This document shows positions 28,678 to 42,507 of a stretch of DNA of 64,000 bases, piece by piece. The notes beneath the pieces are model-generated. The model searched no databases, was not told the DNA's origin, and worked only from the letters and a program-made list of their open reading frames with translations. Every line of letters begins with the position of its first letter. Positions within the stretch are counted from its first letter, which is position 1. Location: NCBI GenBank assembly GCA_964364455.1, contig CAYIMR010000003.1, positions 23 to 64,022 of the forward strand, written 5' to 3'. This DNA is from an uncultured Planctomycetales bacterium (GTDB lineage: Bacteria; Omnitrophota; Gorgyraeia; Zapsychrales; Zapsychraceae). The position numbers and the translations under genes are program-made.

Positions 28678-29970
28678 ATGGGAAATAATGACTTACGCGA
28701 TGTGGTCAATCATTACCTGATCAAGGAAACGGATTTCCTTAAGGTCAAGGATTCAATGACGGAAGACCAGCTGCGCAAATTCGTCGATGACGCCATTATC
28801 CGGATGTGCCAGGAGCAAAACGTGGTCATCGAAAAGGATGTGCGCGCGGCCGTCATCCGCGATCTGGTCAGCGCACTGGTCAGCATGGGGCCGTTACGGC
28901 CTTTGATGGAAGATAAAACGATCTCGGAGATCATGATCAACGGGCCCAAGCAGATCTATCTTCAACGCAACGGCCGTATTTCATTGTCTGACATAAAATT
29001 CGATAACAATGCGCAGCTGGCGCATGCCATCCAGAAGATCCTTGCCGCCTCGGGCTCGAACAAACGGGTGGATGAATCTTCCCCGTACGTCGATTTCATG
29101 CTCAAGGACGGATCGCGTATTAACGTCATTTTGCCGCCCTGCTCGCTGATTGGGCCGGTTATGACGGTGCGAAAGTTCAATGACGCCATCGGAACGGTGG
29201 ATGACCTGCTGAATCTTAAAATGATCGACAAGAATATCGCGACGCTGCTGATCGCGGCCATGAAGGCCAAGTTCAACGTGATTTTTTGCGGGTCGACCGG
29301 TTCGGGTAAGACGACCATGCTGAACGTATTTTCCCGGCACATCCCATCGGAGGAGCGGATCATCACCATCGAAGATACCCCCGAGTTGCGCCTGCTTCAG
29401 GACCATGTGGTTACGCTGGTTTCCAAGCCTTCCAACATCGAAGGCCGCGGAGAGATCACGATGCGCGAATTGTTCATCAATTCGCTGCGCATGCGACCGG
29501 ACCGGATCATCATCGGTGAGGTGCGCGGGGAAGAAATGCTTGATCTGATCCAGTCGATCAGCAGCGGCCACAGCGGGTCATTGGCCATCGTGCACGCCGA
29601 AACGCCGGAAGATTGTTTTAACCGCATGGTTATGATGATGCTCATGGCCGGAGTCCGCTTAAGCACCGAGCAGATCCAGAAACAGATAGCGCGTGCCATC
29701 GACATCCTTGTCCATGTTGAGCTTTTTCTGGATGGGCGTCGCCGCGTGACAGCGGTGACCGACCTGGTTTATGATGAAAAGAACCAGCGACCGATATTGC
29801 ATGAGGTATTTCGTTTTGATCAAAAAGGCATGACGGGAAAAAACGAGATCATCGGTGATTGGGTCATGGACCGCCGCCGGCCGTCGTTTTACGAAAAATT
29901 CAAAAAAAGACTGGTGACATTGCCGCCGGGATTCTTCGATGAATCTTTGCCGGCCTTTAAGGATTCTTAA
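28678..29970 (+). CDS. CpaF/TadA-family type II/IV secretion ATPase
   Basis: Walker A FCGSTGSGKTTMLN. Also RIITIEDTPEL, PDRIIIGEVRGEE and SGHSGSLAIVHA, typical of CpaF/VirB11-like ATPases. Confidence 0.8.
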   Translation: MGNNDLRDVVNHYLIKETDFLKVKDSMTEDQLRKFVDDAIIRMCQEQNVVIEKDVRAAVIRDLVSALVSMGPLRPLMEDKTISEIMINGPKQIYLQRNGRISLSDIKFDNNAQLAHAIQKILAASGSNKRVDESSPYVDFMLKDGSRINVILPPCSLIGPVMTVRKFNDAIGTVDDLLNLKMIDKNIATLLIAAMKAKFNVIFCGSTGSGKTTMLNVFSRHIPSEERIITIEDTPELRLLQDHVVTLVSKPSNIEGRGEITMRELFINSLRMRPDRIIIGEVRGEEMLDLIQSISSGHSGSLAIVHAETPEDCFNRMVMMMLMAGVRLSTEQIQKQIARAIDILVHVELFLDGRRRVTAVTDLVYDEKNQRPILHEVFRFDQKGMTGKNEIIGDWVMDRRRPSFYEKFKKRLVTLPPGFFDESLPAFKDS

Positions 29971-29971
29971 C

Positions 29972-31255
29972 ATGCTGTGGTCTAAATATTTCATTCCAAC
30001 ATTGAAGGAAACGCCGATCGGCGTGGAGGCGATGAGCCATCAGTTCCTTTTGCGCGGCGGGTTCGTGCATATGCTCACCTCGGGAGTTTATTCCTATCTG
30101 CCTTTGGGCTTGAAGGTCCTGCGCCGGATTGAACATATTATCCGCGAAGAAATGAACAATGCCGGCGCCGTGGAATTGTTCTTGCCGTGCCTGCAACCCA
30201 TCGAACTCTGGAAACAAACCGGCCGCGACGAGGTCCTCAAGGATGTCATGATCAAATTTACCGATAACCGCGGACGGGCCATGTGCCTGGGGCCCACGCA
30301 CGAAGAGGTCATTACCGATCTGGTCAAAAATTACGTCCAATCCTACCGGCAGCTCCCCGTCACTCTTTATCAGATCCAGACAAAATTTCGCGACGAGCTG
30401 CGCACGCGCTTTGGCATCGTGCGGGCCTGCGAATTCATCATGAAAGACGCGTACAGTTTCGACCGTGACCTTGAAGGTCTTAAAAAAAACTATCAATTGA
30501 TGTATGAAGCTTATCAAAATATTTTCCGCCGCTGCGGCTTGAACGCCGTGATCATCGAGGCGGATTCCGGGGACATGGGCGGAGACATGTCCCATGAATT
30601 TCTGGTGACCGCGCCGATCGGGGAAGATACCATTTTGCATTGCCCGTCCTGTCACAGCTACTGTTCTGTTTTCGGGGAACATGCCGAGGGCGCGAAGTGT
30701 CCCAAGTGCCATAAAGGCGCTCTTAAAGGGGAAGTGGCGATCGAGCTGGGACATATATTTCAACTGGGAGCGAAATACAGCCAGGCGCAACGCGCGCAAT
30801 TCCTGGATGAAGACGGGAAACAAAAGCCGATGATCATGGGCTGTTACGGTATCGGCGTCAGCCGCGTGATCGCGGCCATTATCGAAAAACATCATGATGA
30901 ACGTGGGATTCAATGGCCGGGCGAAGTGACGCCTTTTGACGTGGAAATTGTACCGTTGCCGGCGGGCAATGAGGCCGGGGAGATTGTGGATCTGGCACAG
31001 CGTTATTACAAGGAACTGGCCGCTTCCGGTTACGATGTTCTCTTGGACGACCGTTCGGAAACCGCGGGCGTGAAGTTCAACGACGCGGACCTTATCGGTA
31101 TTCCTTTACGCGTCATTATCGGCAAACGCAATTTGGCCGGGGGGAAGGTCGAGATCAAGGACCGCAGGAGTGGCGAGGCTGTGATTGTGGATAAAAACGC
31201 GATGGCCCAAAAGGTGGCTGAAATCCTTGGAGGAACCCCATGCCTGAAGAATTGA
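29972..31255 (+). CDS. proS: Proline--tRNA ligase, short bacterial-type form without the INS editing domain
   Basis: MLWSKYFIPTLKETP...GPTHEEVITDLV...QIQTKFRDELRTRFGIVRACEFIMKDAYSF...GHIFQLGAKYS... and a C-terminal anticodon-binding domain. A CxxC...CxxC segment sits where the INS domain is normally inserted. Confidence 0.88.
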   Translation: MLWSKYFIPTLKETPIGVEAMSHQFLLRGGFVHMLTSGVYSYLPLGLKVLRRIEHIIREEMNNAGAVELFLPCLQPIELWKQTGRDEVLKDVMIKFTDNRGRAMCLGPTHEEVITDLVKNYVQSYRQLPVTLYQIQTKFRDELRTRFGIVRACEFIMKDAYSFDRDLEGLKKNYQLMYEAYQNIFRRCGLNAVIIEADSGDMGGDMSHEFLVTAPIGEDTILHCPSCHSYCSVFGEHAEGAKCPKCHKGALKGEVAIELGHIFQLGAKYSQAQRAQFLDEDGKQKPMIMGCYGIGVSRVIAAIIEKHHDERGIQWPGEVTPFDVEIVPLPAGNEAGEIVDLAQRYYKELAASGYDVLLDDRSETAGVKFNDADLIGIPLRVIIGKRNLAGGKVEIKDRRSGEAVIVDKNAMAQKVAEILGGTPCLKN

Positions 31256-31695
31256 CACGGCAACTCCATGAGCTTATAATGCCTAGCATTGTCCGCGCCG
31301 GGGCTGGCTTGGTCGAGTTGACCTTCAAACGTCGAGGACGAACCCAGGTCGTTGAAATCCTCGTTGATAAAGACTCCGGCGGGATCACGGTCGGAGAATG
31401 TTCGGCCATCAATCGCGGAATATTCAAGCAATGCGAGCAGGCGCAGATCTTAGGTGACAATTTTCAGGTGGAAGTTTCTTCTCCGGGGCTGGATCGGCCG
31501 TTACTGACCACGAAAGATTTCTCCCGAAAGAGAGGGCGGTTGATCCGGGTCCATTTACGCGCGCCGGTCAATGAGCGGCTGGAATACTCCGGCACCATTA
31601 AAGAGGTGAAGGATGACCAGGTGGTCGTGGACACGCCGCAAGGCGTGATGGAATTAGCCATTGATAACATACAAAAAGCAGTTCAGGAAATATAA
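31240..31695 (+). CDS. rimP: Ribosome maturation factor RimP
   Basis: Position upstream of nusA-infB, and EVSSPGLDRPL motif. Confidence 0.85.
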   Translation: MPEELTRQLHELIMPSIVRAGAGLVELTFKRRGRTQVVEILVDKDSGGITVGECSAINRGIFKQCEQAQILGDNFQVEVSSPGLDRPLLTTKDFSRKRGRLIRVHLRAPVNERLEYSGTIKEVKDDQVVVDTPQGVMELAIDNIQKAVQEI

Positions 31696-31710
31696 AGAAG
31701 GGAATCAAGA

Positions 31711-32946
31711 ATGGAAAGCACTGAATTATTGACCATACTCGAACAATTGGAGCGCGATAAAGGCATCGACAAAAAGATCCTGATCGAGGCCGTTGAATCC
31801 GCCGTCGCCACCGCCGCTAAAAAGCTGTGGACGGTCGACAAGAACGAAGAGGTCCATGCTGTTTTGGACATCAAAACCGGCAGGATCACGGCGTACGCGG
31901 GAACCCAGGAGATCCGTTCCAGCGAATTCGGCCGCATCGCCGCGCAAACAGCGAAACAAGTCGTCATTCAAAAGATCCGCGAGGCCGAAAAAGATGTCGT
32001 TTTTAACGAATACCAGGTGCGTATCGGTGAGATCATCTCCGGAGGCGTCTACCGTTTCGAACGGGGGAATATCATCGTCGATCTGGGCAAGGCCGAAGCG
32101 TATATCCCCAAAAAAGAACAATCTCCCAAAGAAGAATTCCGCCAGGGAGATCGTGTCCGGGCCTACGTGCTGGACGTCAAACGCGACAGCAAAGGTCCCC
32201 AGATCCTTTTATCCCGGGCCAATCCAAATTTTATCCGGAAACTTTTCCAGCTGGAAGTCCCCGAGATCTATGAGGGGATCGTTGAGATCAAATCGATCGC
32301 CCGTGATGTGGGAGAACGCACCAAGATCGCCGTTTGCTCCAAGGACGAAAAGGTCGATTGCGTCGGTGCCTGCGTGGGGATGCGCGGTTCACGCGTCAAG
32401 AACATCGTTTCGGAACTACAGGGTGAGAAGATCGACATCGTCCGTTATTCTTCCGACATCAAGGAATATATCCAGGCGGCCCTTTCTCCGGCGGAGATAT
32501 CACAGATCCAGTTGAATTACGATGGAAAGAAAGCGAACATCATCGTGGCGGACGATCAGTTGTCGCTGGCCATCGGCAAGCATGGACAGAACGTCCGTCT
32601 GGCAAGCCAACTGGTCAGCTGGGAACTGGACCTGTTCTCCTCCGATCAGTGGAAGCAATTGCAGGAACAAGCAGGTGTTGACGAAACCGCGCAGGCGGCT
32701 GAAGAAGAAAAGAAAAAAATAACGGAACAACAGTCATCTGATCGTGGTCTGACCGTCTTGACCGGGGTCGGCGAGAAGATCATGGTGCAATTAAAAGCCG
32801 CAGGATTGGACACGCTGGAAAAAATTGTCGCGGCGGACGTCGAAACGTTGACTAAAATCAAAGGCTTAGGTGAAGTCAAAGCCAAGAAAATTATCAAGGA
32901 CGCCAAATCACTTCTCAGTTCCTCAAAGAAGGAAGAAAAGGAATAG
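31711..32946 (+). CDS. nusA: Transcription termination/antitermination factor NusA
   Basis: LLTILEQLERDKGIDKKILIEAVESAV... then S1 and two KH domains (...GACVGMRGSRVKNIVSELQGEKIDIV...AIGKHGQNVRLASQL...). Confidence 0.95.
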   Translation: MESTELLTILEQLERDKGIDKKILIEAVESAVATAAKKLWTVDKNEEVHAVLDIKTGRITAYAGTQEIRSSEFGRIAAQTAKQVVIQKIREAEKDVVFNEYQVRIGEIISGGVYRFERGNIIVDLGKAEAYIPKKEQSPKEEFRQGDRVRAYVLDVKRDSKGPQILLSRANPNFIRKLFQLEVPEIYEGIVEIKSIARDVGERTKIAVCSKDEKVDCVGACVGMRGSRVKNIVSELQGEKIDIVRYSSDIKEYIQAALSPAEISQIQLNYDGKKANIIVADDQLSLAIGKHGQNVRLASQLVSWELDLFSSDQWKQLQEQAGVDETAQAAEEEKKKITEQQSSDRGLTVLTGVGEKIMVQLKAAGLDTLEKIVAADVETLTKIKGLGEVKAKKIIKDAKSLLSSSKKEEKE

Positions 32947-32952
32947 ACGTTT

Positions 32953-35304
32953 ATGAAGGTATCGGAATTAGCCAAAGAACTTAGCACAACGACCGACAAA
33001 GTCCTGGCGACTTTAAAGTCTTTCAAATTGAAAGCCAAGGATGGCGACCAGGAATTGAGCGCAGGGGTTGCCTCGGTTGTCCGCAGCGAGCTGGCAAAAG
33101 CAAAGCAGGCATCCGCCAAGATGGAAAAAAAATCTGTCGCAAAGGAATCTGCGAAAACCAGTAAACCGGCCAAGAAAGTATTGCAGGCCAGGCCAACGGC
33201 GAAAAAAAAAGTTAAAAAGGAAGAGGAAGAAGCCGCTGATTCAAAGGTCACGAAACCGGTGGAGAAGAAGTCGGAAGCGCGGCTGGTGAAAGCGCCATCG
33301 GTTGATACCGCCCTCGAGAAACGACCGGTTCCAGCCACCAAACCCAAGGTCACATTTAGTAAAGAACCGATGATCGCGCTTAAACCCTTGGTCCGGAAAA
33401 AGCGTAAAATGGGCGGTGCGGAACAACGGGGCTTCCCGGCACCTCATGAGCCGGCAATCTCCGGTGTTGTTCGTGAAGCCCTCATGGGGGACGCGCAACA
33501 AATGGCCGCTGAGGGTACCGAAGTCCTGCCCGCGCAGACAAAACATCTCGTTGACCTGGAAATCGATCTTCCCATCAGCGTCAAAGATTTCAGCACGAAA
33601 GTCCAGCAAAAACCGAGCGTTATCCTCAAATCCCTGATGCAAGTAGGGATTTTAACGCATATCAACCAGAGCCTGGATGCCGCGATCGTCAGTAAGCTTG
33701 CCCGCGGACTCGGGTACAATGTCATCAAGATCAAGACGCAGGAAGAGCAGCTCATTGAGGTACACCAGAAGGAAGACGAGAACCCGGAACTTTTAAAACC
33801 CCGCGCGCCGGTCATCACGTTCATGGGACACGTCGATCATGGAAAAACTTCGCTCCTGGACCGTATCCGCAAATCAAAGGTCACCGATACCGAACATGGC
33901 GGGATCACCCAGCATATCGGGGCTTACTCGGTAGTACTTCCCAAAGGACGCATTACTTTTTTAGATACGCCCGGTCATGAGGCGTTCACGGCCATGCGCG
34001 CGCGAGGCGCCCATATTACGGATATCGTTGTCTTGGTCGTTGCCGCGGATGAGGGGATCATGCCTCAGACGGAAGAGGCCATCGACCACGCGCGCGCGGC
34101 GAACGTTCCGATCGTCGTCGCGCTCAATAAGATCGACAGCAAGAACGCCGATCCTGAGCGTGTTAAAAAGCAGTTATCCGAACACAACCTCGCTCCGGAA
34201 GATTGGGGGGGGAAAACCGTTGTCGTCGGTGTTTCCGCCATGACCGGCGAAGGCGTGGATAATTTACTGGAGTTGATCCTTCTGGAAGCCGAACTGCTGG
34301 AGTTAAAGGCCAACGCGGATAAAAAGGCCTCGGGGATCGTCGTGGAGGCGCATATGAGCCCAGGCAAGGGTTCAGTGACGACACTCATCGTTCAAAGCGG
34401 GACCTTGCGCGAAGGCGATAATATTGTTGTCGGTCCATTTTATGGCCGGGTGCGCGCGATCATCGATGATCGCGGGCGCTCGATCAAAGAAGCCGGACCA
34501 TCCATGCCCGTTGAGGTCTTGGGCCCCTCCGATGTCCCCGAAGCTGGAGAATTGTTTTACGTCCTTGAGGATGAGCGTCAGGCCAAAGATATCGCGGCAA
34601 AGCGCCAGGAACAACTAAAAAACAGGCGACTGCAAATGACTTCCCGCGTCACCCTGGAAGATCTTTACGCCCAAGTGCAGGAAGGTTACATCAAAGAACT
34701 TAATGTCATTATAAAAGCCGACGTGCAGGGATCTTTGGAGGCGTTGAAAGATTCACTGGCAAAAATTCCCAGCGATAAAGTAAAGATAAAACTTATCCAT
34801 GCCGGTGTCGGTGACGTGAATTCCTCTGATGTCATTTTGGCGGTCGCCTCCAAGGCGATCATCATCGCGTTCCACGTTGACATCGATGTCCGCGCCAAGA
34901 AAGAACTGGAAGAAGACCCCGTCGATGTGCGGCGATACCGGATCATCTATGACGCCGTCAATGACATCCGAAAAGCCCTGGAAGGCCTTTTGGACGCGAA
35001 GATCCGCAAAAAATTCCTGGGGCGCGTGGAGATCCGTGAAGTCTTTAAATTATCAAAGCAGGGGACCGTGGCCGGGTGCTATGTCACCAAAGGCCGCGTT
35101 ACCCGCAAGGACCATGTTGATGTCGTACGTAACGGAGAGCCGGTATACACCGGAACGGTTTCTGGCCTTAAACGTTTCAAAGATGATGTAAAGGAAGTCA
35201 CCGAAGGCACCGAATGTGGTATCAGTTTCGCGGGATTTACCGGATTTGAAGCCGGCGACATCATCGAGGCCTACGAGATCGAGAGAATCGCGCAGAAAAT
35301 ATGA
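32953..35304 (+). CDS. infB: Translation initiation factor IF-2
   Basis: Lys-rich N-terminus, then the G domain [20 protein letters not shown]...DTPGHEAF...NKID. Confidence 0.95.
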   Translation: MKVSELAKELSTTTDKVLATLKSFKLKAKDGDQELSAGVASVVRSELAKAKQASAKMEKKSVAKESAKTSKPAKKVLQARPTAKKKVKKEEEEAADSKVTKPVEKKSEARLVKAPSVDTALEKRPVPATKPKVTFSKEPMIALKPLVRKKRKMGGAEQRGFPAPHEPAISGVVREALMGDAQQMAAEGTEVLPAQTKHLVDLEIDLPISVKDFSTKVQQKPSVILKSLMQVGILTHINQSLDAAIVSKLARGLGYNVIKIKTQEEQLIEVHQKEDENPELLKPRAPVITFMGHVDHGKTSLLDRIRKSKVTDTEHGGITQHIGAYSVVLPKGRITFLDTPGHEAFTAMRARGAHITDIVVLVVAADEGIMPQTEEAIDHARAANVPIVVALNKIDSKNADPERVKKQLSEHNLAPEDWGGKTVVVGVSAMTGEGVDNLLELILLEAELLELKANADKKASGIVVEAHMSPGKGSVTTLIVQSGTLREGDNIVVGPFYGRVRAIIDDRGRSIKEAGPSMPVEVLGPSDVPEAGELFYVLEDERQAKDIAAKRQEQLKNRRLQMTSRVTLEDLYAQVQEGYIKELNVIIKADVQGSLEALKDSLAKIPSDKVKIKLIHAGVGDVNSSDVILAVASKAIIIAFHVDIDVRAKKELEEDPVDVRRYRIIYDAVNDIRKALEGLLDAKIRKKFLGRVEIREVFKLSKQGTVAGCYVTKGRVTRKDHVDVVRNGEPVYTGTVSGLKRFKDDVKEVTEGTECGISFAGFTGFEAGDIIEAYEIERIAQKI

Positions 35305-36284
35305 AAAAGATTGTTTTTAGCGCCATGCGTCCGACGGGCAAGCTTCATCTGGGACACCTCGTGGGCGCCCTTGATAACTGGCTGGAAATGCAGGAAAAAC
35401 ATTCCTGCATTTTTTCCATTGTCGACTGGCACGCGCTTATGGGCGAATATGAGCAAAGCACAGAGATCGCGGAGAATATCATGGATATGGCCCTGGACTG
35501 GATGGCCTACGGCATTGATCCGAAAAAATCCATCATATTCGTCCAGTCGCAGGTGCCGGAACATCTGGAATTGCAGATGATCCTGGCCTGCATTACCCCG
35601 CTGGGCTGGCTGGAACGAAATCCGACGTACAAAGAACAACTGCGCGAGATCAAAACGCGCGATCTGCAGACATATGCTTTCCTGGGGTATCCGGTTTTAC
35701 AGGCCGCGGACATTCTTTTATACAAGGCCAGCGCCGTTCCCATCGGTGAGGACCAGCTGCCGCACATCGAATTGACGCGAGAAATGGCCAGACGCTTCAA
35801 CCATCTCTACAAAACAAATTTTTTCCAGGATTGCGAGGCCATTCTAACGCAAACACCGCGCCTTTTGGGGTCGGACGGACGCAAGATGAGCAAAAGTTAC
35901 AAAAATACGGTCAATCTTTCGGATCCGCCAACGGAGATCGTCAAAAAAGTGAAAACGATGTTCACGGACCCCAAACGGATCAAATTATCCGATCCCGGGC
36001 ACCCGGCCCAGTGTAATGTATATAGCTATTACAAAGTTTTCACCGCTGATCGCGCCGATGAAGCCCATTACTGGTGCACCCACGCGCAAAAAGGGTGCAC
36101 GGAATGTAAAACGATCCTTGGAGAAGCGATCGTTAACCGGTTAGCAAATTTTCAGGAGAAGCGCAACGACCTGGCCAAACGTAAAGAGCATGTTCGTGAG
36201 ATCCTGGACCACGGTCAGCGCCGCGCCCAGAAAATCGCCAGGGAAACCATGGGCCAGGTCAGAGAGATCGTTTTTGGCCGGTAG
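35301..36284 (+). CDS. trpS: Tryptophan--tRNA ligase
   Basis: SAMRPTGKLHLGHLVGAL (HIGH-type) and KMSKS (GRKMSKSY). Confidence 0.93.
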   Translation: MKKIVFSAMRPTGKLHLGHLVGALDNWLEMQEKHSCIFSIVDWHALMGEYEQSTEIAENIMDMALDWMAYGIDPKKSIIFVQSQVPEHLELQMILACITPLGWLERNPTYKEQLREIKTRDLQTYAFLGYPVLQAADILLYKASAVPIGEDQLPHIELTREMARRFNHLYKTNFFQDCEAILTQTPRLLGSDGRKMSKSYKNTVNLSDPPTEIVKKVKTMFTDPKRIKLSDPGHPAQCNVYSYYKVFTADRADEAHYWCTHAQKGCTECKTILGEAIVNRLANFQEKRNDLAKRKEHVREILDHGQRRAQKIARETMGQVREIVFGR

Positions 36285-36326
36285 GCTGAGAAAATTAAAT
36301 CGAACAACGATTAACGGGAACATACT

Positions 36327-37118
36327 ATGGGATACAAGCTGAAACTGGAAATATTCGAAGGGCCGCTGGATCTTTTGCTGTATCTGATCAAAAAAGATGA
36401 CATCGACATCAACGACATTCCCATCAGCCAGATCACCGAGCAGTACATGCAATACATCAGCATGATGAAAATGCTCGACCTGGATGTTGTCGGCGACTTT
36501 CTCGTTATGGCCGCGACATTGATGCAAATAAAATCCAGAATGCTCCTGCCTCCGGATCCCAATGAACAGCCCGAAGAAGAGCTCGACCCGCGCGATGAAC
36601 TGGCCCGCCGGCTGCTGGAATACAAAAAATTCAAGGAGATCGCCGAGGCGCTTAAAGAAAAAGAGACCCTGCGGCAGGATTTCTTCGGCCGCAACATCGA
36701 CCCCGAAGCGCTCCAGCAATTGCGGGAAGAATCCAAAGAGATCTATTACGAGGCCAGCCTTTTTGACCTGATCAGCGCCCTTTCCGAAGCGCTCAGGAAA
36801 GCCCCGGAAGAAGTTATCCACGAGATCATCACGGAAGAATTTACGGTCGAAAAAAAATTGCATGACATATTGCATCTTTTGCTCAAGGAGTCCACGATCC
36901 GGTTGCAGGATCTTTTTGAGCGCTCCCGCACGAAGATCGAGATCATCGTGACGTTCCTGGCCGTTCTGGAGTTGATCCGTATTAAAGAACTCATTGCCGT
37001 CCAAAAAGGTGTCTTTGGCGAGATCGAGATCATGCGCAACCAGAAAAAAATTATCCCCATTGAAGAGGGCGCGGATGATGGAAGAGCGGAAAACGATCCT
37101 GTTCAATCAGGAAACTGA
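36327..37118 (+). CDS. scpA: Segregation and condensation protein A
   Basis: KLEIFEGPLDLLLYLIKKDDIDINDIPISQITEQYMQYI...MAATLMQIKSRMLLP. Confidence 0.9.
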   Translation: MGYKLKLEIFEGPLDLLLYLIKKDDIDINDIPISQITEQYMQYISMMKMLDLDVVGDFLVMAATLMQIKSRMLLPPDPNEQPEEELDPRDELARRLLEYKKFKEIAEALKEKETLRQDFFGRNIDPEALQQLREESKEIYYEASLFDLISALSEALRKAPEEVIHEIITEEFTVEKKLHDILHLLLKESTIRLQDLFERSRTKIEIIVTFLAVLELIRIKELIAVQKGVFGEIEIMRNQKKIIPIEEGADDGRAENDPVQSGN

Positions 37119-38109
37119 AGAAGACCGGGTCTACAGCTTATCGTTGCGGCCCGCGCAGTTAAACGAATTCGTGGGACAAAGCGAGCTGATGGCCAATCTG
37201 CAGGTGTCGCTGCAGGCCGCCAAAGGGCGGCACGAATGCCTCGAGCACATATTATTTTCCGGCCCGCCGGGCTTAGGAAAAACCACCTTAGCCAACATTG
37301 TCGCCCACGAAATGGGCGCGCGCATCACCATTACCTCCGGCCCGGCCATTGAGCGCGCCGGAGACCTCATCGGCATCCTGACCAATTTGGGGGAAGGGGA
37401 CATCTTCTTTATCGATGAAATCCACCGCCTTTCGAAAGTCGTCGAAGAATTTTTATACCCCGCCATGGAAAGTTTCAAGATCGATTTTGTCGTGGATAAA
37501 GGGCCCTACGCCAAGACGATCAATTTCAATCTTAAGCCATTTACTCTGATCGGCGCGACGACCCGCAGCGGCCTTTTGGCCGCGCCGTTACGCGAACGTT
37601 TCGGGATATTCCATCATCTGGATTTCTATAACGCGCAGGAATTAAGCCAGATCGTGACCAATTCAGCCAGGAAGCTCAATGTCGAGCTTGACGCGCAGGC
37701 CGCCTTTGAGATCGCGCGCCGCGCGCGGGGAACGCCGCGCATTGCCAACCGGCTGTTGCGCCGCGTGCGCGATTACGCGCAGGTCAAAACAAAAACCGGG
37801 AATATTACCGCCACGGTCGCCGATGAGGCCTTGCGTACCCTGGCCATCGATGAAATCGGACTTGATGACAAGGACCGTAAGCTCCTGGATGTCATCGCCC
37901 AGCACTACAAGGGAGGTCCGGTGGGCATTGAAACGCTCGCCGCCACCCTCAATGAAGAAATGGACACCATCGTCGATGTGATCGAACCGTATCTGCTGAA
38001 GATCGGATTTCTAAAGCGCACGCCCCGCGGCCGCGAACTTACGCAAGAAGCCAGCAAGCACATCAAAGCCCCGCTGGCCGAAAAAGAAACCCAACCGAAG
38101 CTCTATTAA
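37075..38109 (+). CDS. ruvB: Holliday junction branch migration helicase RuvB
   Basis: LRPAQLNEFVGQSEL...LFSGPPGLGKTTLANIVAHEMG...FIDEIHRL...GATTRSGLLAAPLRERFG...RGTPRIANRLLRRVRD. ATG 37075 overlaps the scpA 3' end. Confidence 0.93.
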   Translation: MMEERKTILFNQETEEDRVYSLSLRPAQLNEFVGQSELMANLQVSLQAAKGRHECLEHILFSGPPGLGKTTLANIVAHEMGARITITSGPAIERAGDLIGILTNLGEGDIFFIDEIHRLSKVVEEFLYPAMESFKIDFVVDKGPYAKTINFNLKPFTLIGATTRSGLLAAPLRERFGIFHHLDFYNAQELSQIVTNSARKLNVELDAQAAFEIARRARGTPRIANRLLRRVRDYAQVKTKTGNITATVADEALRTLAIDEIGLDDKDRKLLDVIAQHYKGGPVGIETLAATLNEEMDTIVDVIEPYLLKIGFLKRTPRGRELTQEASKHIKAPLAEKETQPKLY

Positions 38110-38114
38110 TCGTT

Positions 38115-38327
38115 ATGGGATTAGCCAAAACCTTTGTTATCCTGGGCATTGTTTTGATCGCCCTCGGCGGGATCGTGCATATTGCCGGTAAAATTCCCTG
38201 GCTGGGACGCTTGCCCGGGGACATCGCCATAAGAAGAGAGAATTTTTCCTTTTATTTTCCGCTCACCACATGCCTGCTATTAAGCGTCCTTCTAAGTCTG
38301 GTCCTTTTTCTATGGCGTCACCGTTGA
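38115..38327 (+). CDS. DUF2905-family small membrane protein
   Basis: ...IAGKIPWLGRLPGDIAIRRENFSFYFPLTTCLLLSVLLSLVL matches my recollection of the DUF2905 signature (GRLPGDI...F.FYFP). Confidence 0.7.
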   Translation: MGLAKTFVILGIVLIALGGIVHIAGKIPWLGRLPGDIAIRRENFSFYFPLTTCLLLSVLLSLVLFLWRHR

Positions 38328-39489
38328 TTCGTTCCCTCATTATCGCTGGCCTGCTGCTGGGAGGCTTCGCGCAGGCGCGCGCGGCTGACCAGTCGAGCGA
38401 GAAGTACGTCAGGGTGGCCATCCTCAATAATGTCGAAACGCTGAACTTTTCCATAAGGGGCAAATACAAAATCATCGATCTGATATCCGGCGCCGTTCTG
38501 GGAGAAGGACGGAGTCTGCGGGAATCCCGGATCTCATCTCATCCGGATGGCATCACGATCAACGGCAAGAAATATCCGTTACGCCGGATCCGTCTGGCGT
38601 CCAGCAAGGATATCGCGCTTTACCTGGATGATAAGGTAAATCGTTACCGTGGAGCGCTGGATATCATTCTGAAATCGAACAAAAAATTTCTGGCCGTCAA
38701 TACCGTTGAGATCGAACAATACATCCGCGGAGTCCTTTATCATGAAGTGTCGCACCGCTGGCCGATGGAAGCGATGAAGGCCCAGGCCGTGGCCGCCCGC
38801 ACGTATGCGTTGTACCAAATGAAAAAAAACAAGAACGATGACTACGACGTGACGGGAGACATCTATTCCCAGGTCTACGGCGGCAGGAATTCCGAACGCT
38901 TCCGTACCAACATCGCGGTCAAGCGCACCCCGGGAAAGATCCTTGTTTATAACAACAAGATCTTGCCGGCCTATTTTCACGCTTCCTGCGGAGGCCGCAC
39001 GGAGAACGCCAAAAACATCTGGGGGGAGAATCTGCCGCCGTTAGCCGGCGTGCCGTGTTCATTTTGCGCGCTCGCTCCGCACGCGAACTGGAAAAAGAAT
39101 TATCGCTCCAAAGATATCCAGGAAAAACTTAGCGCCAATGGATACCCGATGGGGCCCATCGCGGATATCCGTGTGGTCAGCCGCAACGAGAGCGGCCGGA
39201 TCAATAATCTGCTCTTTACCGCGCGCGACGGCAAGACAACGACGATCCCCGGCATTAAATTCCGCGGGATCATCGGCCCCAACACGGTCAAAAGCAATAA
39301 ATACGAAGTGGTCATGAGAGGATATTATTTTGACCTTATCGGTAAAGGCTGGGGACACGGGGTGGGGATGTGCCAGTGGGGGGCGCACCGGATGGCCGAA
39401 GAGCGGCACAAATACGATGAGATCCTTTCTTTTTATTATCCGGGCGCTGATATCGTCGATTACCGCGAACAACCGCCCGTTGACCTGCC

Positions 39490-39493
<4 letters not shown>
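38312..39493 (+). CDS. SpoIID/LytB domain protein (lytic transglycosylase-like peptidoglycan remodelling)
   Basis: Signal peptide MASPLIRSLIIAGLLLGGFAQARA. Also EQYIRGVLYHEVSHRWPMEAMKAQAVAARTYAL...YFHASCGGRTENA...GHGVGMCQWGA. Confidence 0.85.
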
Positions 39494-42482
<2,989 letters not shown>

Positions 42483-42507
42483 CAGTATATTAGGGAGGTA
42501 GCTTCAA

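Noticed and set aside
29957-30913. A 318-aa minus-strand ORF
   Set aside because: It is antisense to proS (class II aaRS motifs are present on the + strand), with no independent signals. It is a shadow ORF.
31793-32515. A 240-aa + strand ORF in an alternative frame inside nusA
   Set aside because: The Arg/Ser/Pro-rich low-complexity translation overlaps a well-conserved NusA frame, and there is no start context. It is an off-frame artefact.
32646-33353. A 235-aa minus-strand ORF across the nusA end and infB start
   Set aside because: It is antisense to the Lys/Glu-rich low-complexity regions of nusA and infB. The F/S/A-rich product has no motifs.
36141-37106. A 321-aa ORF on the minus strand
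   Set aside because: It is entirely antisense to scpA, whose product is clearly recognisable (EGPLDLLLYLIKK...). The antisense translation is F/L/D-rich with no known motif and no RBS, so it is a shadow ORF of a GAA/GAG/AAA-rich gene.
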